From assembly GCA_052279835.1 (NCBI GenBank), contig CP181291.1, forward strand, positions 4,288,001-4,352,000: a stretch of 64,000 nucleotides of DNA, in the 5' to 3' direction. The notes beneath the pieces were generated by a model that did not search any database, had not been told where the DNA came from, and saw only the letters and a program-made list of their open reading frames with translations. The stretch's first letter is position 1; each line of letters opens with the position of its first letter. Shown in pieces: positions 1 to 9,914 of the stretch. The position numbers and the translations under genes are program-made. This DNA comes from Microcoleus sp. GTDB lineage: Bacteria; Cyanobacteriota; Cyanobacteriia; Cyanobacteriales; Microcoleaceae.

Positions 1-210
1 TCTAAATACTTGAAGGCGATCGGGCTTTTTTTCCAGTTGAATTTGCTGTTGCAACTGCTGGGCCAGCCAAGTAGAATTAGCTGCCGATTGGCTACAAACA
101 GCGCTAAAAGTAAAATTCCTCGCCGCATCGCAAATCAATAGTTCCCACAGTGGTTTTCCCGCTTCGTCTCGGAGGGGGCGACGGTAAAAATCGGCTTGCC
201 AAATTTGCAT
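1..210 (-). CDS. Tab2/Atab2 family RNA-binding protein (DUF1092), 5' part, runs off the window start
   Basis: Manual translation from ATG at 210: MQIWQADFYRRPLRDEAGKPLWELLICD..., matching the Tab2-family N-terminus. Confidence 0.75.
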   Translation of the reverse strand, partial: MQIWQADFYRRPLRDEAGKPLWELLICDAARNFTFSAVCSQSAANSTWLAQQLQQQIQLEKKPDRLQVFR

Positions 211-396
211 AATTACTTTTAAAATTAATTCAACAGCTTTATTATTTTAATCTAAATCTGCAACACTCAAGTCATTTAAGTAAATCCAACTAATTAAACG
301 TAAGATACAGGTGGCTAAAAAGCTTGCTTTATGAGCATTCTTCACATCGCTCTTCCCTTGGGGGGCAGGGGGGGGTGACTTCTTCACATCGATATT

Positions 397-1620
397 CTAC
401 TTAATTCCGCGAACTAAATACATATCAAGTTCGCCCTTATTTTTAGCAACAATTTTGCCTCGGTGTTCGCATTCAAAAAAATCTTTGACTAATTCAAAGG
501 TAGCGTGAGAGATATTTATATTTCCCGGTACCCCGGAAGATTCCATCCGAGATGCGGTATTAACCGTGTCTCCCCACACATCATAGGTAAACTTTTTATT
601 GCCAATTACTCCCGCTAGCAAAGGACCGGAATGAATGCCGATGCGAATATCCCAATAGGGAATGTTTTGAGCAGATTTCTCCTGTTTTCGCAGTTCCATG
701 AACTGAAGAATTTCTAGGGCAGCCTGCACCGATTCAATGGCGTGTGTAGGGCTGGGTTGAGGAATTCCTGATGCACACATATAGCTGTCGCCAATGGTTT
801 TCAATTTTTCCAATCCATATTTATCCACCACCATATCGAAATAAGAAAAACAATAGTCAAGTTCGTCAACTAACTCTCGCGGTGTCATTTTTTCGGATAA
901 TTGAGTAAAGCCTTTGAAATCGGTAAATAAAACCGATACTTCGTCATAATGAACTGGTTCGACTTTGCCGTTAATTTTGAGTTCGTTGGCAATGTCGAGC
1001 GGGAGTACATTCAAAAGTAGCTTGTCTGATGTTTGTTTCTCGGCATCAAGTTGGGAATAGAGCCTATTAATCTCTTGGAAGCGTTCCGCATTGCGGATAG
1101 CTGAGGATACTTGCAAAGCTAAAAGATAGCCAATCCGTACATCTTCTTGGTTATAACAACGTGGTTTAGTTGTCGCAAAAATAATTGTCCCCAAAATTTT
1201 ACCTTCGCTTGCCAAAGGAATGATGATTTGGGAGGCGTAGCTGGACAAAACACCAGCAGGAAATCCTTCGTGAATTAGTTGGGGTTGGGCTGTTTTGAAG
1301 GCTTTTTTGATGGGGCCATTTTCTGGGAGGCTATTAATATCTAAATTGATGGCTTTGCCAAACAGTGTGGTGCAAGAGTTGATGCTGTGCAGGCAAATGC
1401 TACAGTGTTCAAAATCTAGCAGCCATTTGGCTTGCTTGCCTACTACTCGAAAAATTAAATTGATATCGAGAGTGCTGTTAATTGCGGTAGCAATTTCATT
1501 GACGGCAGCAATGCGCGTGGACAGGGACTGAGCTTCTGCTAATAAGCTGCGGGCTGTTAGCAACAGTTCTTCCCGGTCTTGATCTTCTAATCGATGACCC
1601 ATCTTAGGGGCGTGGGACAT
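397..1620 (-). CDS. GAF-domain class III adenylate/guanylate cyclase
   Basis: N-terminal GAF-like region; cyclase motifs VLFTDFKGFT, LKTIGDSYM, YDVWGDTVNTASRMES. Confidence 0.9.
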   Translation of the reverse strand: MSHAPKMGHRLEDQDREELLLTARSLLAEAQSLSTRIAAVNEIATAINSTLDINLIFRVVGKQAKWLLDFEHCSICLHSINSCTTLFGKAINLDINSLPENGPIKKAFKTAQPQLIHEGFPAGVLSSYASQIIIPLASEGKILGTIIFATTKPRCYNQEDVRIGYLLALQVSSAIRNAERFQEINRLYSQLDAEKQTSDKLLLNVLPLDIANELKINGKVEPVHYDEVSVLFTDFKGFTQLSEKMTPRELVDELDYCFSYFDMVVDKYGLEKLKTIGDSYMCASGIPQPSPTHAIESVQAALEILQFMELRKQEKSAQNIPYWDIRIGIHSGPLLAGVIGNKKFTYDVWGDTVNTASRMESSGVPGNINISHATFELVKDFFECEHRGKIVAKNKGELDMYLVRGIK

Positions 1621-1623
1621 AGA

Positions 1624-2166
1624 TCACAGAGCATCTATTTCGAGGTCAATAGCATCAGTATATCTGTTGACACTGCTAAACAAATCTGCGGTGGCAATCA
1701 ATTCAAAAATTTCTCCATCATCTAGTCCTAAATCCCGTAGGTTTTGGTAGTGAGTTGCTGTGAGTTCCTGGGGGTTGGTGGCGGCTTGCAAACCAAAGCT
1801 GATTACGGCTTTTTCACGAGCGGGCAGGGGGCAGTTGGCAAAGTCTGAAACCAGCAGCCGCAGGACTTCTTCGCTGATTCCCAAAGCTGAGAGTCCGTGG
1901 AGGTGAACTTTTAAGGCGTACTCGCTATTATTTGCTTGGGAAATGGCGACTCCGATCATTTCCTTGAGGGTGCGCGGTACGTCTCCTTGGAGAATTGTAG
2001 AGCGGAATTTTTTCCAGTTGGCTTCTAATAAGTCTGGGTTGGTGGCCATTGACTTGAACAGGTTGGGTACGATGCCAAACCCCAGTTCTGTCAAGATTTG
2101 GTCATATACTGCTTGAGCTTTTGGATCGGTGAGTTGTTCGTATTCTGCGATCGGAAAGTGTGTCAT
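1624..2166 (-). CDS. AhpD/carboxymuconolactone decarboxylase-like protein lacking the CxxC motif
   Basis: VPNLFKSMA..P, LKEMIGVAISQANNSEYALKVH and C-terminal ELI...N pattern of peroxidase-related CMD proteins; 3 bp upstream of the cyclase gene. Confidence 0.75.
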   Translation of the reverse strand: MTHFPIAEYEQLTDPKAQAVYDQILTELGFGIVPNLFKSMATNPDLLEANWKKFRSTILQGDVPRTLKEMIGVAISQANNSEYALKVHLHGLSALGISEEVLRLLVSDFANCPLPAREKAVISFGLQAATNPQELTATHYQNLRDLGLDDGEIFELIATADLFSSVNRYTDAIDLEIDAL

Positions 2167-2266
2167 GTGTATAATAATTGTGACTGCGGTTAATCTTGAT
2201 AAAAAGTTATACCTAAATCAATCTGGGTTTATTATAACTATTGCAATTTTGAATAGCTATGTTAAT

Positions 2267-2312
2267 TGCTGACAAGATCTGGATTTTTGTATTGTTCCAG
2301 ATCTTGTCAGCA
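2267..2312. promoter_or_regulatory. Perfect 17-bp inverted repeat in a divergent intergenic region
   Basis: tgctgacaagatctgga-N12-tccagatcttgtcagca. Confidence 0.5.
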
Positions 2313-2496
2313 TTGTTGTAATTTTTAATAAAACTTGTATAAGATTACGACTTTTGATAGATGGCAATATTTTGCTTATGGTATAAAGTTAAAAGCCGAT
2401 CGCGAATTTAGTTTAAGGGCTAGTTGCTAGTTTTCACCTGCAAACAAGGTTATGATGGGTAGACTGTAAACTTTTATCCTTGTCGCTGCATTTGCT

Positions 2497-3804
2497 ATGA
2501 ACCCTGCCCTCACTCAATTTGGCACTCAGATGTCCCACCTCACCGGAGTTAGGGCAATTATGAAAGACATTATTGAAACCCTCAGAGCCGGTACCGGGCA
2601 GGAGTTTATTAATTTGAGTGCCGGCAATCCAGTGATTTTGCCGGAAGTCGAGCAGTTGTGGCGCGATTGTACTGCGGAACTTTTGGCGAGTGCGGAATAC
2701 GGTGAGGTGGTTTGTCGCTACGGTTCGAGTCAAGGCTATCAGCCGTTGATTGATGCTGTGCGGGATGATTTTAATCGACGCTACGGACTGAGTTTGACCG
2801 ATCGCAACATCTTGATAACTCCCGGTAGTCAATCGATCTATTTCTACGCAGCCAATGCCTTCGGCGGCTACACCGCACCCCCCCCATCCCCCCCTTACCA
2901 AGGGGGGGTGAGGGGGGGTAGCCTCAAACATATTGTTTTGCCCTTGAGCCCGGATTATACGGGTTATGGTGGAGTCAGCTTGATTCCCGAAGCCGTAATT
3001 GCTTGCAAACCAACTCTGGATATTGATGCGCCCGCTCATCGGTTTAAATATCGCCCGGATTTCAGTCAGTTGTCGATCGATGAAACTTCCGGCTGCGTAA
3101 TATTTTCTCGTCCCTGCAACCCCACTGGCAATGTTCTCACCGATGACGAAGTGAAGAAAATTGCAGCCATGGCTAGTGTTTTTGATGTGCCAGTTTTGAT
3201 TGATTCTGCCTACGGGCCTCCGTTCCCAGCTTTGAATTATACTGAGATGACTCCGATTTTTGGTGAAAATATTATCCACTGCATGAGTTTGTCGAAAGCG
3301 GGATTACCGGGAGAAAGAATCGGAATTGCGATCGGAGATGAAAAGATTATTCAAGTTTTACAATCTTTTCAGACGAATATGTGCATTCACTCGCCGAGAT
3401 ACGGACAGGCGATCGCGGCGCGGGCGATTAATTCTGGGGCTTTGGCTGACATTGGTGTCAATGTCATCCGGCCTTATTATCAAAGTAAATTTGATGTAGT
3501 TGAAACAACCCTAGAACAAGCAATGCCGAAAGATTTGCCGTGGTTTTTGCACCGTGGCGAAGGAGCAATCTTTGCGTGGTTGTGGCTGAAAGATTTGCCA
3601 ATGACAGATTGGGAATTTTATCAACAATTGAAGCAAGTCGGTGTGATTCTCGTGCCCGGAAGTTCTTTCTTCCCTGGTTTGCGGGAAGATTGGCGGCACA
3701 AGCAGGAGTGTTTGCGGATTAGTTTGACTGCGACTAATCAGGAGATTGAAACTGCGATGAAACGTTTGGCTCAAATGGTGGAAAAAGTCTATCAGGGTAA
3801 ATAG
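2497..3804 (+). CDS. avtA: Valine--pyruvate aminotransferase
   Basis: NLSAGNP, SRPCNPTGNV, IDSAYG, PLP-lysine motif SLSKAGLPGERIG. Confidence 0.9.
   Translation: MNPALTQFGTQMSHLTGVRAIMKDIIETLRAGTGQEFINLSAGNPVILPEVEQLWRDCTAELLASAEYGEVVCRYGSSQGYQPLIDAVRDDFNRRYGLSLTDRNILITPGSQSIYFYAANAFGGYTAPPPSPPYQGGVRGGSLKHIVLPLSPDYTGYGGVSLIPEAVIACKPTLDIDAPAHRFKYRPDFSQLSIDETSGCVIFSRPCNPTGNVLTDDEVKKIAAMASVFDVPVLIDSAYGPPFPALNYTEMTPIFGENIIHCMSLSKAGLPGERIGIAIGDEKIIQVLQSFQTNMCIHSPRYGQAIAARAINSGALADIGVNVIRPYYQSKFDVVETTLEQAMPKDLPWFLHRGEGAIFAWLWLKDLPMTDWEFYQQLKQVGVILVPGSSFFPGLREDWRHKQECLRISLTATNQEIETAMKRLAQMVEKVYQGK
2878..2918. repeat. C-rich/G-rich palindromic REP-like element inserted in frame in avtA
   Basis: ccccccccatcccccccttaccaagggggggtgaggggggg encodes PPPSPPYQGGVRG; same architecture as the intergenic elements at 54082-54345. 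Confidence 0.75.
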
Positions 3805-3920
3805 TTTTAATCGCGGTTAAATCAGTTAGGGCAACCGCCTTGGCTGTTAAGGTGGTTTTTTCCCCTAGCGGAGTCGAAGGGAACAAGGAAGAAAGCACCT
3901 TGACGGTTGTTATATCAAAT

Positions 3921-3961
3921 AAAAAATACCCCACTAATTTATCGGTGGGGTATTTTTTTTT
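3921..3961. terminator. Bidirectional intrinsic terminator between convergent avtA and kinase genes
   Basis: aaaaaataccccac-loop-gtggggtattttttt. Confidence 0.8.
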
Positions 3962-3965
3962 AAGC

Positions 3966-5114
3966 TCAAATTGCCAATGGGTTGTGGGATATCCAACACT
4001 CCTGAATTGCTTGTAAAGCTTCTGTTGCTGATGGGTAGCGCTGGGGGAAATCGTACAGTATCATCCGGTCTAAAACCTTAGCAAATTCTGGGCTAACTTG
4101 TGCATTTTGCCGCCAGATGAGATTTCCGATATTATCAACTTTGAATTGTTTTGGCTTCATTCCTGTTAAGGCTTGAATGCCGATGATACCGACAGCATAG
4201 ATGTCGCTGCACAATTTTGGGGAACCGATGGCTTGTTCGGGGGGAATATAATCCTGTTGAGTCCCACCACGGGATTTCGTTTGACCGATGTTTTGCTGCC
4301 AATTACTAATTTCTTTGACTGAGCCAAAGTCAATTAAGACTATTTTGCGATCGGATGTACGTCTGATTAAGTTTTGAGGGTGAACGTCGCGGTGAATTAT
4401 ATCTCGTTGGTGAACAAAAACCAGAATTTCTAAGATGTCTCGCAATAAAGCAATAACTTGATGTTCTTCCCAAGGTTTACTTTCGATCAATTCTTGAGAC
4501 AGGGGTTGTCCTTCGATGAATTGATAGACTAAATAAAAATATCCATCTTCTTCAAAACGAGCTAATAATTCCGGGATGCGATCGTGTTGACCTAGGCTAT
4601 ATAAAACTCGTGTTTCTCGATCGAATAAATGGCTGGTTCTGTCAGACTGGCTTTTCAGGCGCTTGACGAGACACAAAGGGCGATCGGGTAAGTTTTCATC
4701 TTCAGCTAGATAGGTATCGCTGTACTCGGTACTCACCAAATGTTCGGTGATGCGGTAACGCATCCGCATCAGTTTTTCTAACATCGGCTCGCCCGGTTTA
4801 GGGGGTTGTCTACCTTGTTGTGATGCTCTCATGATGCAGTCCCAGAGATTTGCTGCAACTACTCTTTCTTCTTGTCCAATAATTTCTGCTTCTCTCAGTA
4901 CCTTTGTGAGATCTTTCCATAAATTGTAACCGACGTAGCGACTTAGGTAGCCCACTGTGTAACCGCGGGCGATCGGATCGTTTTGCTGAATTTCTTGGTA
5001 TGTCCAAGACTGTAAAACACCGCGAATTATCGCTTGCTGCAACCGAGTCAAGGATTTTTTGGTTGATTTTTCTACCAAATTGTCCACAAGATTAATGGCT
5101 TCTTCTATGGTCAT
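3966..5114 (-). CDS. Ser/Thr protein kinase-like protein with N-terminal HTH-like domain
   Basis: CLVKRL, HRDVHPQN, LIDFGSVK, SDIYAVG; N-terminus resembles the helical domain found on cyanobacterial NB-ARC/AAA proteins. Confidence 0.8.
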   Translation of the reverse strand: MTIEEAINLVDNLVEKSTKKSLTRLQQAIIRGVLQSWTYQEIQQNDPIARGYTVGYLSRYVGYNLWKDLTKVLREAEIIGQEERVVAANLWDCIMRASQQGRQPPKPGEPMLEKLMRMRYRITEHLVSTEYSDTYLAEDENLPDRPLCLVKRLKSQSDRTSHLFDRETRVLYSLGQHDRIPELLARFEEDGYFYLVYQFIEGQPLSQELIESKPWEEHQVIALLRDILEILVFVHQRDIIHRDVHPQNLIRRTSDRKIVLIDFGSVKEISNWQQNIGQTKSRGGTQQDYIPPEQAIGSPKLCSDIYAVGIIGIQALTGMKPKQFKVDNIGNLIWRQNAQVSPEFAKVLDRMILYDFPQRYPSATEALQAIQECWISHNPLAI

Positions 5115-5195
5115 AGCTTTAGCTGTTTAGTGATTTGTAGTCGATACTTGATTTTCTGAAATAGCAATTTTCAATAGATCGGGTATAACTTTTTA

Positions 5196-5298
5196 TATCG
5201 ATTCCGGTTGTATGGGAATTATTTAACCGCAGAGTACGCAGAGGAAGCAGAGTAGGGGGAGAGAGAGATGAATGGTTCCGAAATCAAGGGATTTGATA
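5196..5298 (+). mobile_element. ~103-bp MITE (family A) with TTA target duplication
   Basis: TTA|tatcgattcc...ggatttgata|TTA; internal aaccgcagag..gcagag..gagagatgaat core shared with other copies. Confidence 0.7.
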
Positions 5299-5577
5299 TT
5301 ACTTGTCCATCACCAAGTATGGATTGCTTTGCGATCGGACCTGGGAAAATCGCTATGTTTAAGTTATACATGATTTAACTTAATTTTGATATTTGGTCTC
5401 TTTTTTGAAATATATTTTTACAAATATGAGTTTTATGACTTTAAAGTTATGACTTTTATGAATTGACATTATCAGCAGTTTCGACAACTATATCAATTAC
5501 AAGTTTTCACGAGGAAAGAGATTCGCGATCGCCAATTTAACTATAGCCAATTTAACCAGAATCTTTAGAGGTGCATT

Positions 5578-8500
5578 ATGCCAAACTCAATCACTGCAAC
5601 AATTACAAGCTCGATCGCATTTATCGACAGCGCGGTACCCGAAGCCCAAGTCTTAGCCAACGGCATCAACCCAGAAACCGAAGTCATTCAACTAAATGCA
5701 AGTTGCAGCGGCATCGCACAAATTACCGAAGCCTTACAAAATCGTAGTGTTTCAGCCATTCACATCATTTCCCACGGAGCACCGGGCTGCTTGCAATTGG
5801 GTAGCAGCAAATTGAATGCAGACAGCATTGAGTGCGATCGCACTTCTTTGCGGCAGTGGTTTTCGACACCAATCAGTGCGGACAATTCCCAATCCCCAAG
5901 CCCTAGTACAGAAAAAAGTCAACCAGAAATTCTGCTTTATGGCTGCGAAGTAGCAGCAGGCGACGCAGGTATAGCCTTTGTCAAAAGGCTGAGCGAATTA
6001 ACAGGGGCTAGTGTTGCCGCATCCCAGAATCTAACAGGAAGTGCAGCCAAAGGTGGCGATTGGGAACTAGAAATCACCACCGGAAAAATCCAAACACCTT
6101 TAGCATTGAAACCAGAAGTATTGGCGACTTACAGCCACGTTTTTTCACTCTTTAAAGTTACTGATTACGATCCCAAACTTTATGCTACTAATGTCATCGC
6201 CGGAGACTTTAACGGTGACGGTAAGGCTGACATAGCTGGTATGGATATTAATTCAAATAACATTAGCATTTTCTTTGGGAATGGCAATGGAACATTTAAC
6301 TTTGGTCCCCAAACTAATTTGGGAGTAAAACCTTACGACTTTTTTCCAGGAGACTTTAATGGTGACCAAAAGCTTGATTTAGGCATTACAAACTTAAGTT
6401 CTAAAAACTTTTCTATCTTATTAGGAGATGGCAAAGGTAGTTTTAGTCCACCCACCAACTTCGATTTGGGTACGGCTTTCAATTTCGTCTTTTGGGGAGA
6501 CTTTAAAAGTGATGGCAATCTTGACTTAGTTAGTATTGACTCCGAATTGAATAAGATATCTATACTGTTGGCAGATGGCAAAGGTGGTTACAGTAAACCG
6601 ACTGACATTAGTGTCGGAAAATTTCCCAATGACATCGTTGTAGCAGACTTCAATGGCGACCAAAAAGTCGATTTAGCAACTTCAAATAAGAACTCTAATA
6701 ATGTCTCCGTACTTTTAGGAGATGGTAAAGGGAGTTTCGCTCCAGCCACTAACTTTAATGTCGGAACAGCCCCCAGTTCAATAGCTGTGGGAGACGTAAA
6801 CAACGACGGCAAGCTTGACTTAGTAACTGCAAATAGTGGATCTAATAGCATTTCTATTTTATTTGGAGATGGGAAAGGAGGTTTTGGTTCTAGCACCAGT
6901 GCTTATTCAGCAATCAGCCCTTCTTACGTTCGCTTGGCAGACTTTAACGACGACAAAAAACTTGACCAATTAGTTTCTAATGCCAGTTCAAGTATCATTG
7001 TATGGGGAGACGGTACCGGTGGCTTTAATACTTACGATGAGGTTCCCTATGCTGGTATTAACACTCAAGTGATAGACCTTAATGCAGACAACCAGGCTGA
7101 TATAATTGGCAACAGTCTTGGCGGCATCAGAGTTTTGCTCAACAATCCAGAAGCCAATGCAGCAGTTTCCTACGCTATTACTGTCAATCCTGCTGGTGCA
7201 CTTGAAGGCAATACAGGTTCTAAACCTGCCACTTTCACTGTGACTCGCAGCGGTAGCACTGGATTGAGTAGTAGTGTTGATTATGAGATTACTGGCAATG
7301 CTACTCTCCCGATTGGGTACGATAATTTTAACGGAAATTTTAAGGCGACCGGTTCCAAAGGTAAGATTAAATTCGGTCCGGGCGAAACATCTAAAATCAT
7401 GGTTATAGATGTTGCGGGTGATCTAGTGCCAGAAACTGATGAAAACTTTATCATTACTCTGTCAAATCCGATCGCACCAGGGCCCAATCCTAAGATTACG
7501 ACTGCTACGGCTAAGTATACGATCGTAGACGATGACACTCCTGGCAAGACACCAAATCCCATACCTCCAACACCAACACCAACACCAACTCCGACTCCGA
7601 CTCCAACTCCAACTCCAACTCCAACTCCAACTCCAATTACAATACCTGCGGGTATTACCGTCAGCCAAACAACCGGATTAAAGACCACAGAATCAGGCGA
7701 CACTGACTCATTTACGGTCAAACTTAACAGCAAACCCACGGCTAATGTTACCATCGGTTTAAGTAGTTCCAACACAGTAGAAGGAACTATTTCCCCAGCT
7801 TCTCTCACCTTTACTCCTAGCGATTGGAATCAAACCCAAACAGTCACAGTAAAAGGTGTTGATGACAAGATAGTAGATGGGGATAAAAAATACACAATTG
7901 TCACTGGTCCTGCTGTCAGCACCGATCCCAAATACAACAACCTCAATGCAGCAGATGTCAGCGTCACTAACGCCGAAACTAACCGCCCACCGGTGTTAAA
8001 CAAAACCCCAGAGACAACTCCGTGGCACTTCAGAAATGTGAGAGTAAAAAAATCGTCATCTAAATTTGAGTATGAGGTTCCTGAAAAGGCATTTATAGAC
8101 CCAGATGCAGGTGACAAAATCACTTATTCAGCAACTTTACAAAATGGTGAACCTTTACCAAAATGGCTGACTTTTAATCCCACTACTCGTACTTTCATAG
8201 GTGATAACAATCAAGCAAAATCAGTGGATATTAAGTTAACCGCCACCGACAATTCCGGTGCAAGTGCTAGCGATTATATTCTGTTAAGAGTCCCTAAAAA
8301 TGGTGTGGTCGTTGATGGTTATATAGAGGGGGCGACTATCTTCTTTGATGCCAACAAGAATGGAGTCAAAGATGTTAATGAACCATTTTCAACGACTGAT
8401 GCTAAGGGGGAATATGAACTCGATATCCCGGATATTTTTGATACGAACAACAATGGAAATTTCGACCCAGAAGAAGGCAATTTAGTTGCTTTTGGGGGGA

Positions 8501-9735
8501 CGGATACTTCGACAGGTTTACCACTAGCAACTCCTGTTTCAGCACCGATAGATTCCAGTGTTGTCACCCTATTAACTACTTTAGTTACCGATTTGACTGC
8601 TGGGGGAATGTCGCAAACTGAAGCGGAATCAAAGGTTAAATCTACTTTGTCTATTCCGGCGGGAGTTGATTTGCTGGATTTAGATCCGATCGCCTCTACA
8701 GCCAAAAATGAGCCTGGGGGTGTCGAAACTCTAGTCGCCATGACAAAAGTCCAAAACGTCGTCACCCAAACCAGTAGCCTAATTGACGGTGCATCTACCG
8801 CGGATAAGGATGCAATTACCAAAGCTGTTGTCGCAGCAATCAATAGTAAAATTAAATCCGGCGGTTCCCTGGATTTGAGCGATTCTGCACAGGTAGAAAG
8901 CATCATCCAGCAATCTATTGCTAACGTCAAACAAGTTGATAGCAATCTTGACACTCAAAAACTTTCCCAAATTACCTCCCAAGCTGCGAAGGTAATGGTT
9001 GAGGCTAATCAGCAAACAGATCTGGCGAAATCTAACTTTTCACCTGAGTCTATTGCTTCGGAAATTGCGAAAGTTCAAAAGGTGGCTTTAGGTGAAAGTG
9101 CGATCGCCCTGGAAAAAGTCGGTGTTGCGATTCTTACAGGCGATGTTAACTTTTCCCAAACTTCTCCTATAATTTTAGGTGATGACGGCCAAAATCTGCT
9201 CGGTACTGATGATAGGGATACTTTACTAGGTGCTAGCGGTAAGGATTTCATCAGTGGTAAAAAAGGCAGTGATTCCCTCGATGGTGGTGCCGGCGATGAC
9301 AGCATTTACGGTGGCCGGGGACTCGATACGCTGATAGGTAGCAATGGCGATGATATCCTGTTCGGAGGCCGTGGTGCTGACAGTTTGGATGGCGGTATCG
9401 GCAATGATAGTGTGTACGGTGGCAAGGGAGATGATACTTTGCTTGGTGGTTTGGGTGATGATTTCCTGAGTGGCGAAAGTGGGAATGATTTTCTGACTGG
9501 AGGTGCTGGGAACGATCGCTTTTTGTTAAATCTAGGTGGCGGTTCGGATACAATCCTTGATTTTGAGGTTGGTATCGATAAATTTGCGCTAAATAATGGT
9601 TTGAGTTTCCAACAGTTAGCAATTAGTCAAACTGTGGCTGGAACGTTGTTGAAAGTTACATCAACTGGTCAAGTTTTGGCAACGGTGACTGGGTTGGGTA
9701 GTTCGATTACTGCATCAGATTTCGTGTTACTGTAG
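5578..9735 (+). CDS. Large secreted/surface protein: DUF4347, FG-GAP repeats, Calx-beta, Pro-Thr linker, cadherin-like/Ig domain, RTX Ca-binding repeats
   Basis: IHIISHGAPG..LLYGC..GGDWELE (DUF4347); repeated GDFNGDxKxD; (PT)n at ~7565-7636; GGxGxD nonapeptides at the C-terminus. Confidence 0.85.
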   Translation: MPNSITATITSSIAFIDSAVPEAQVLANGINPETEVIQLNASCSGIAQITEALQNRSVSAIHIISHGAPGCLQLGSSKLNADSIECDRTSLRQWFSTPISADNSQSPSPSTEKSQPEILLYGCEVAAGDAGIAFVKRLSELTGASVAASQNLTGSAAKGGDWELEITTGKIQTPLALKPEVLATYSHVFSLFKVTDYDPKLYATNVIAGDFNGDGKADIAGMDINSNNISIFFGNGNGTFNFGPQTNLGVKPYDFFPGDFNGDQKLDLGITNLSSKNFSILLGDGKGSFSPPTNFDLGTAFNFVFWGDFKSDGNLDLVSIDSELNKISILLADGKGGYSKPTDISVGKFPNDIVVADFNGDQKVDLATSNKNSNNVSVLLGDGKGSFAPATNFNVGTAPSSIAVGDVNNDGKLDLVTANSGSNSISILFGDGKGGFGSSTSAYSAISPSYVRLADFNDDKKLDQLVSNASSSIIVWGDGTGGFNTYDEVPYAGINTQVIDLNADNQADIIGNSLGGIRVLLNNPEANAAVSYAITVNPAGALEGNTGSKPATFTVTRSGSTGLSSSVDYEITGNATLPIGYDNFNGNFKATGSKGKIKFGPGETSKIMVIDVAGDLVPETDENFIITLSNPIAPGPNPKITTATAKYTIVDDDTPGKTPNPIPPTPTPTPTPTPTPTPTPTPTPTPITIPAGITVSQTTGLKTTESGDTDSFTVKLNSKPTANVTIGLSSSNTVEGTISPASLTFTPSDWNQTQTVTVKGVDDKIVDGDKKYTIVTGPAVSTDPKYNNLNAADVSVTNAETNRPPVLNKTPETTPWHFRNVRVKKSSSKFEYEVPEKAFIDPDAGDKITYSATLQNGEPLPKWLTFNPTTRTFIGDNNQAKSVDIKLTATDNSGASASDYILLRVPKNGVVVDGYIEGATIFFDANKNGVKDVNEPFSTTDAKGEYELDIPDIFDTNNNGNFDPEEGNLVAFGGTDTSTGLPLATPVSAPIDSSVVTLLTTLVTDLTAGGMSQTEAESKVKSTLSIPAGVDLLDLDPIASTAKNEPGGVETLVAMTKVQNVVTQTSSLIDGASTADKDAITKAVVAAINSKIKSGGSLDLSDSAQVESIIQQSIANVKQVDSNLDTQKLSQITSQAAKVMVEANQQTDLAKSNFSPESIASEIAKVQKVALGESAIALEKVGVAILTGDVNFSQTSPIILGDDGQNLLGTDDRDTLLGASGKDFISGKKGSDSLDGGAGDDSIYGGRGLDTLIGSNGDDILFGGRGADSLDGGIGNDSVYGGKGDDTLLGGLGDDFLSGESGNDFLTGGAGNDRFLLNLGGGSDTILDFEVGIDKFALNNGLSFQQLAISQTVAGTLLKVTSTGQVLATVTGLGSSITASDFVLL

Positions 9736-9914
9736 ATTCAATTATTTGAGATTCCCTACTTTTTAAAGAAGTGGGGAATCTCGCAACTACGGTTTTTTCT
9801 GGATGATTTAACCGCAGAGGGCGCAGAGGGCGCAGAGGAGGAGAAGAGAGATGAATAATATTAAAAAAGCTATAATTGTTGAAAGGCTGGTAATTTATAT
9901 GCACTGAAAAATAT

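Noticed and set aside
2434..3279. 281-aa antisense ORF over avtA
   Set aside because: Shadow of a well-supported gene.
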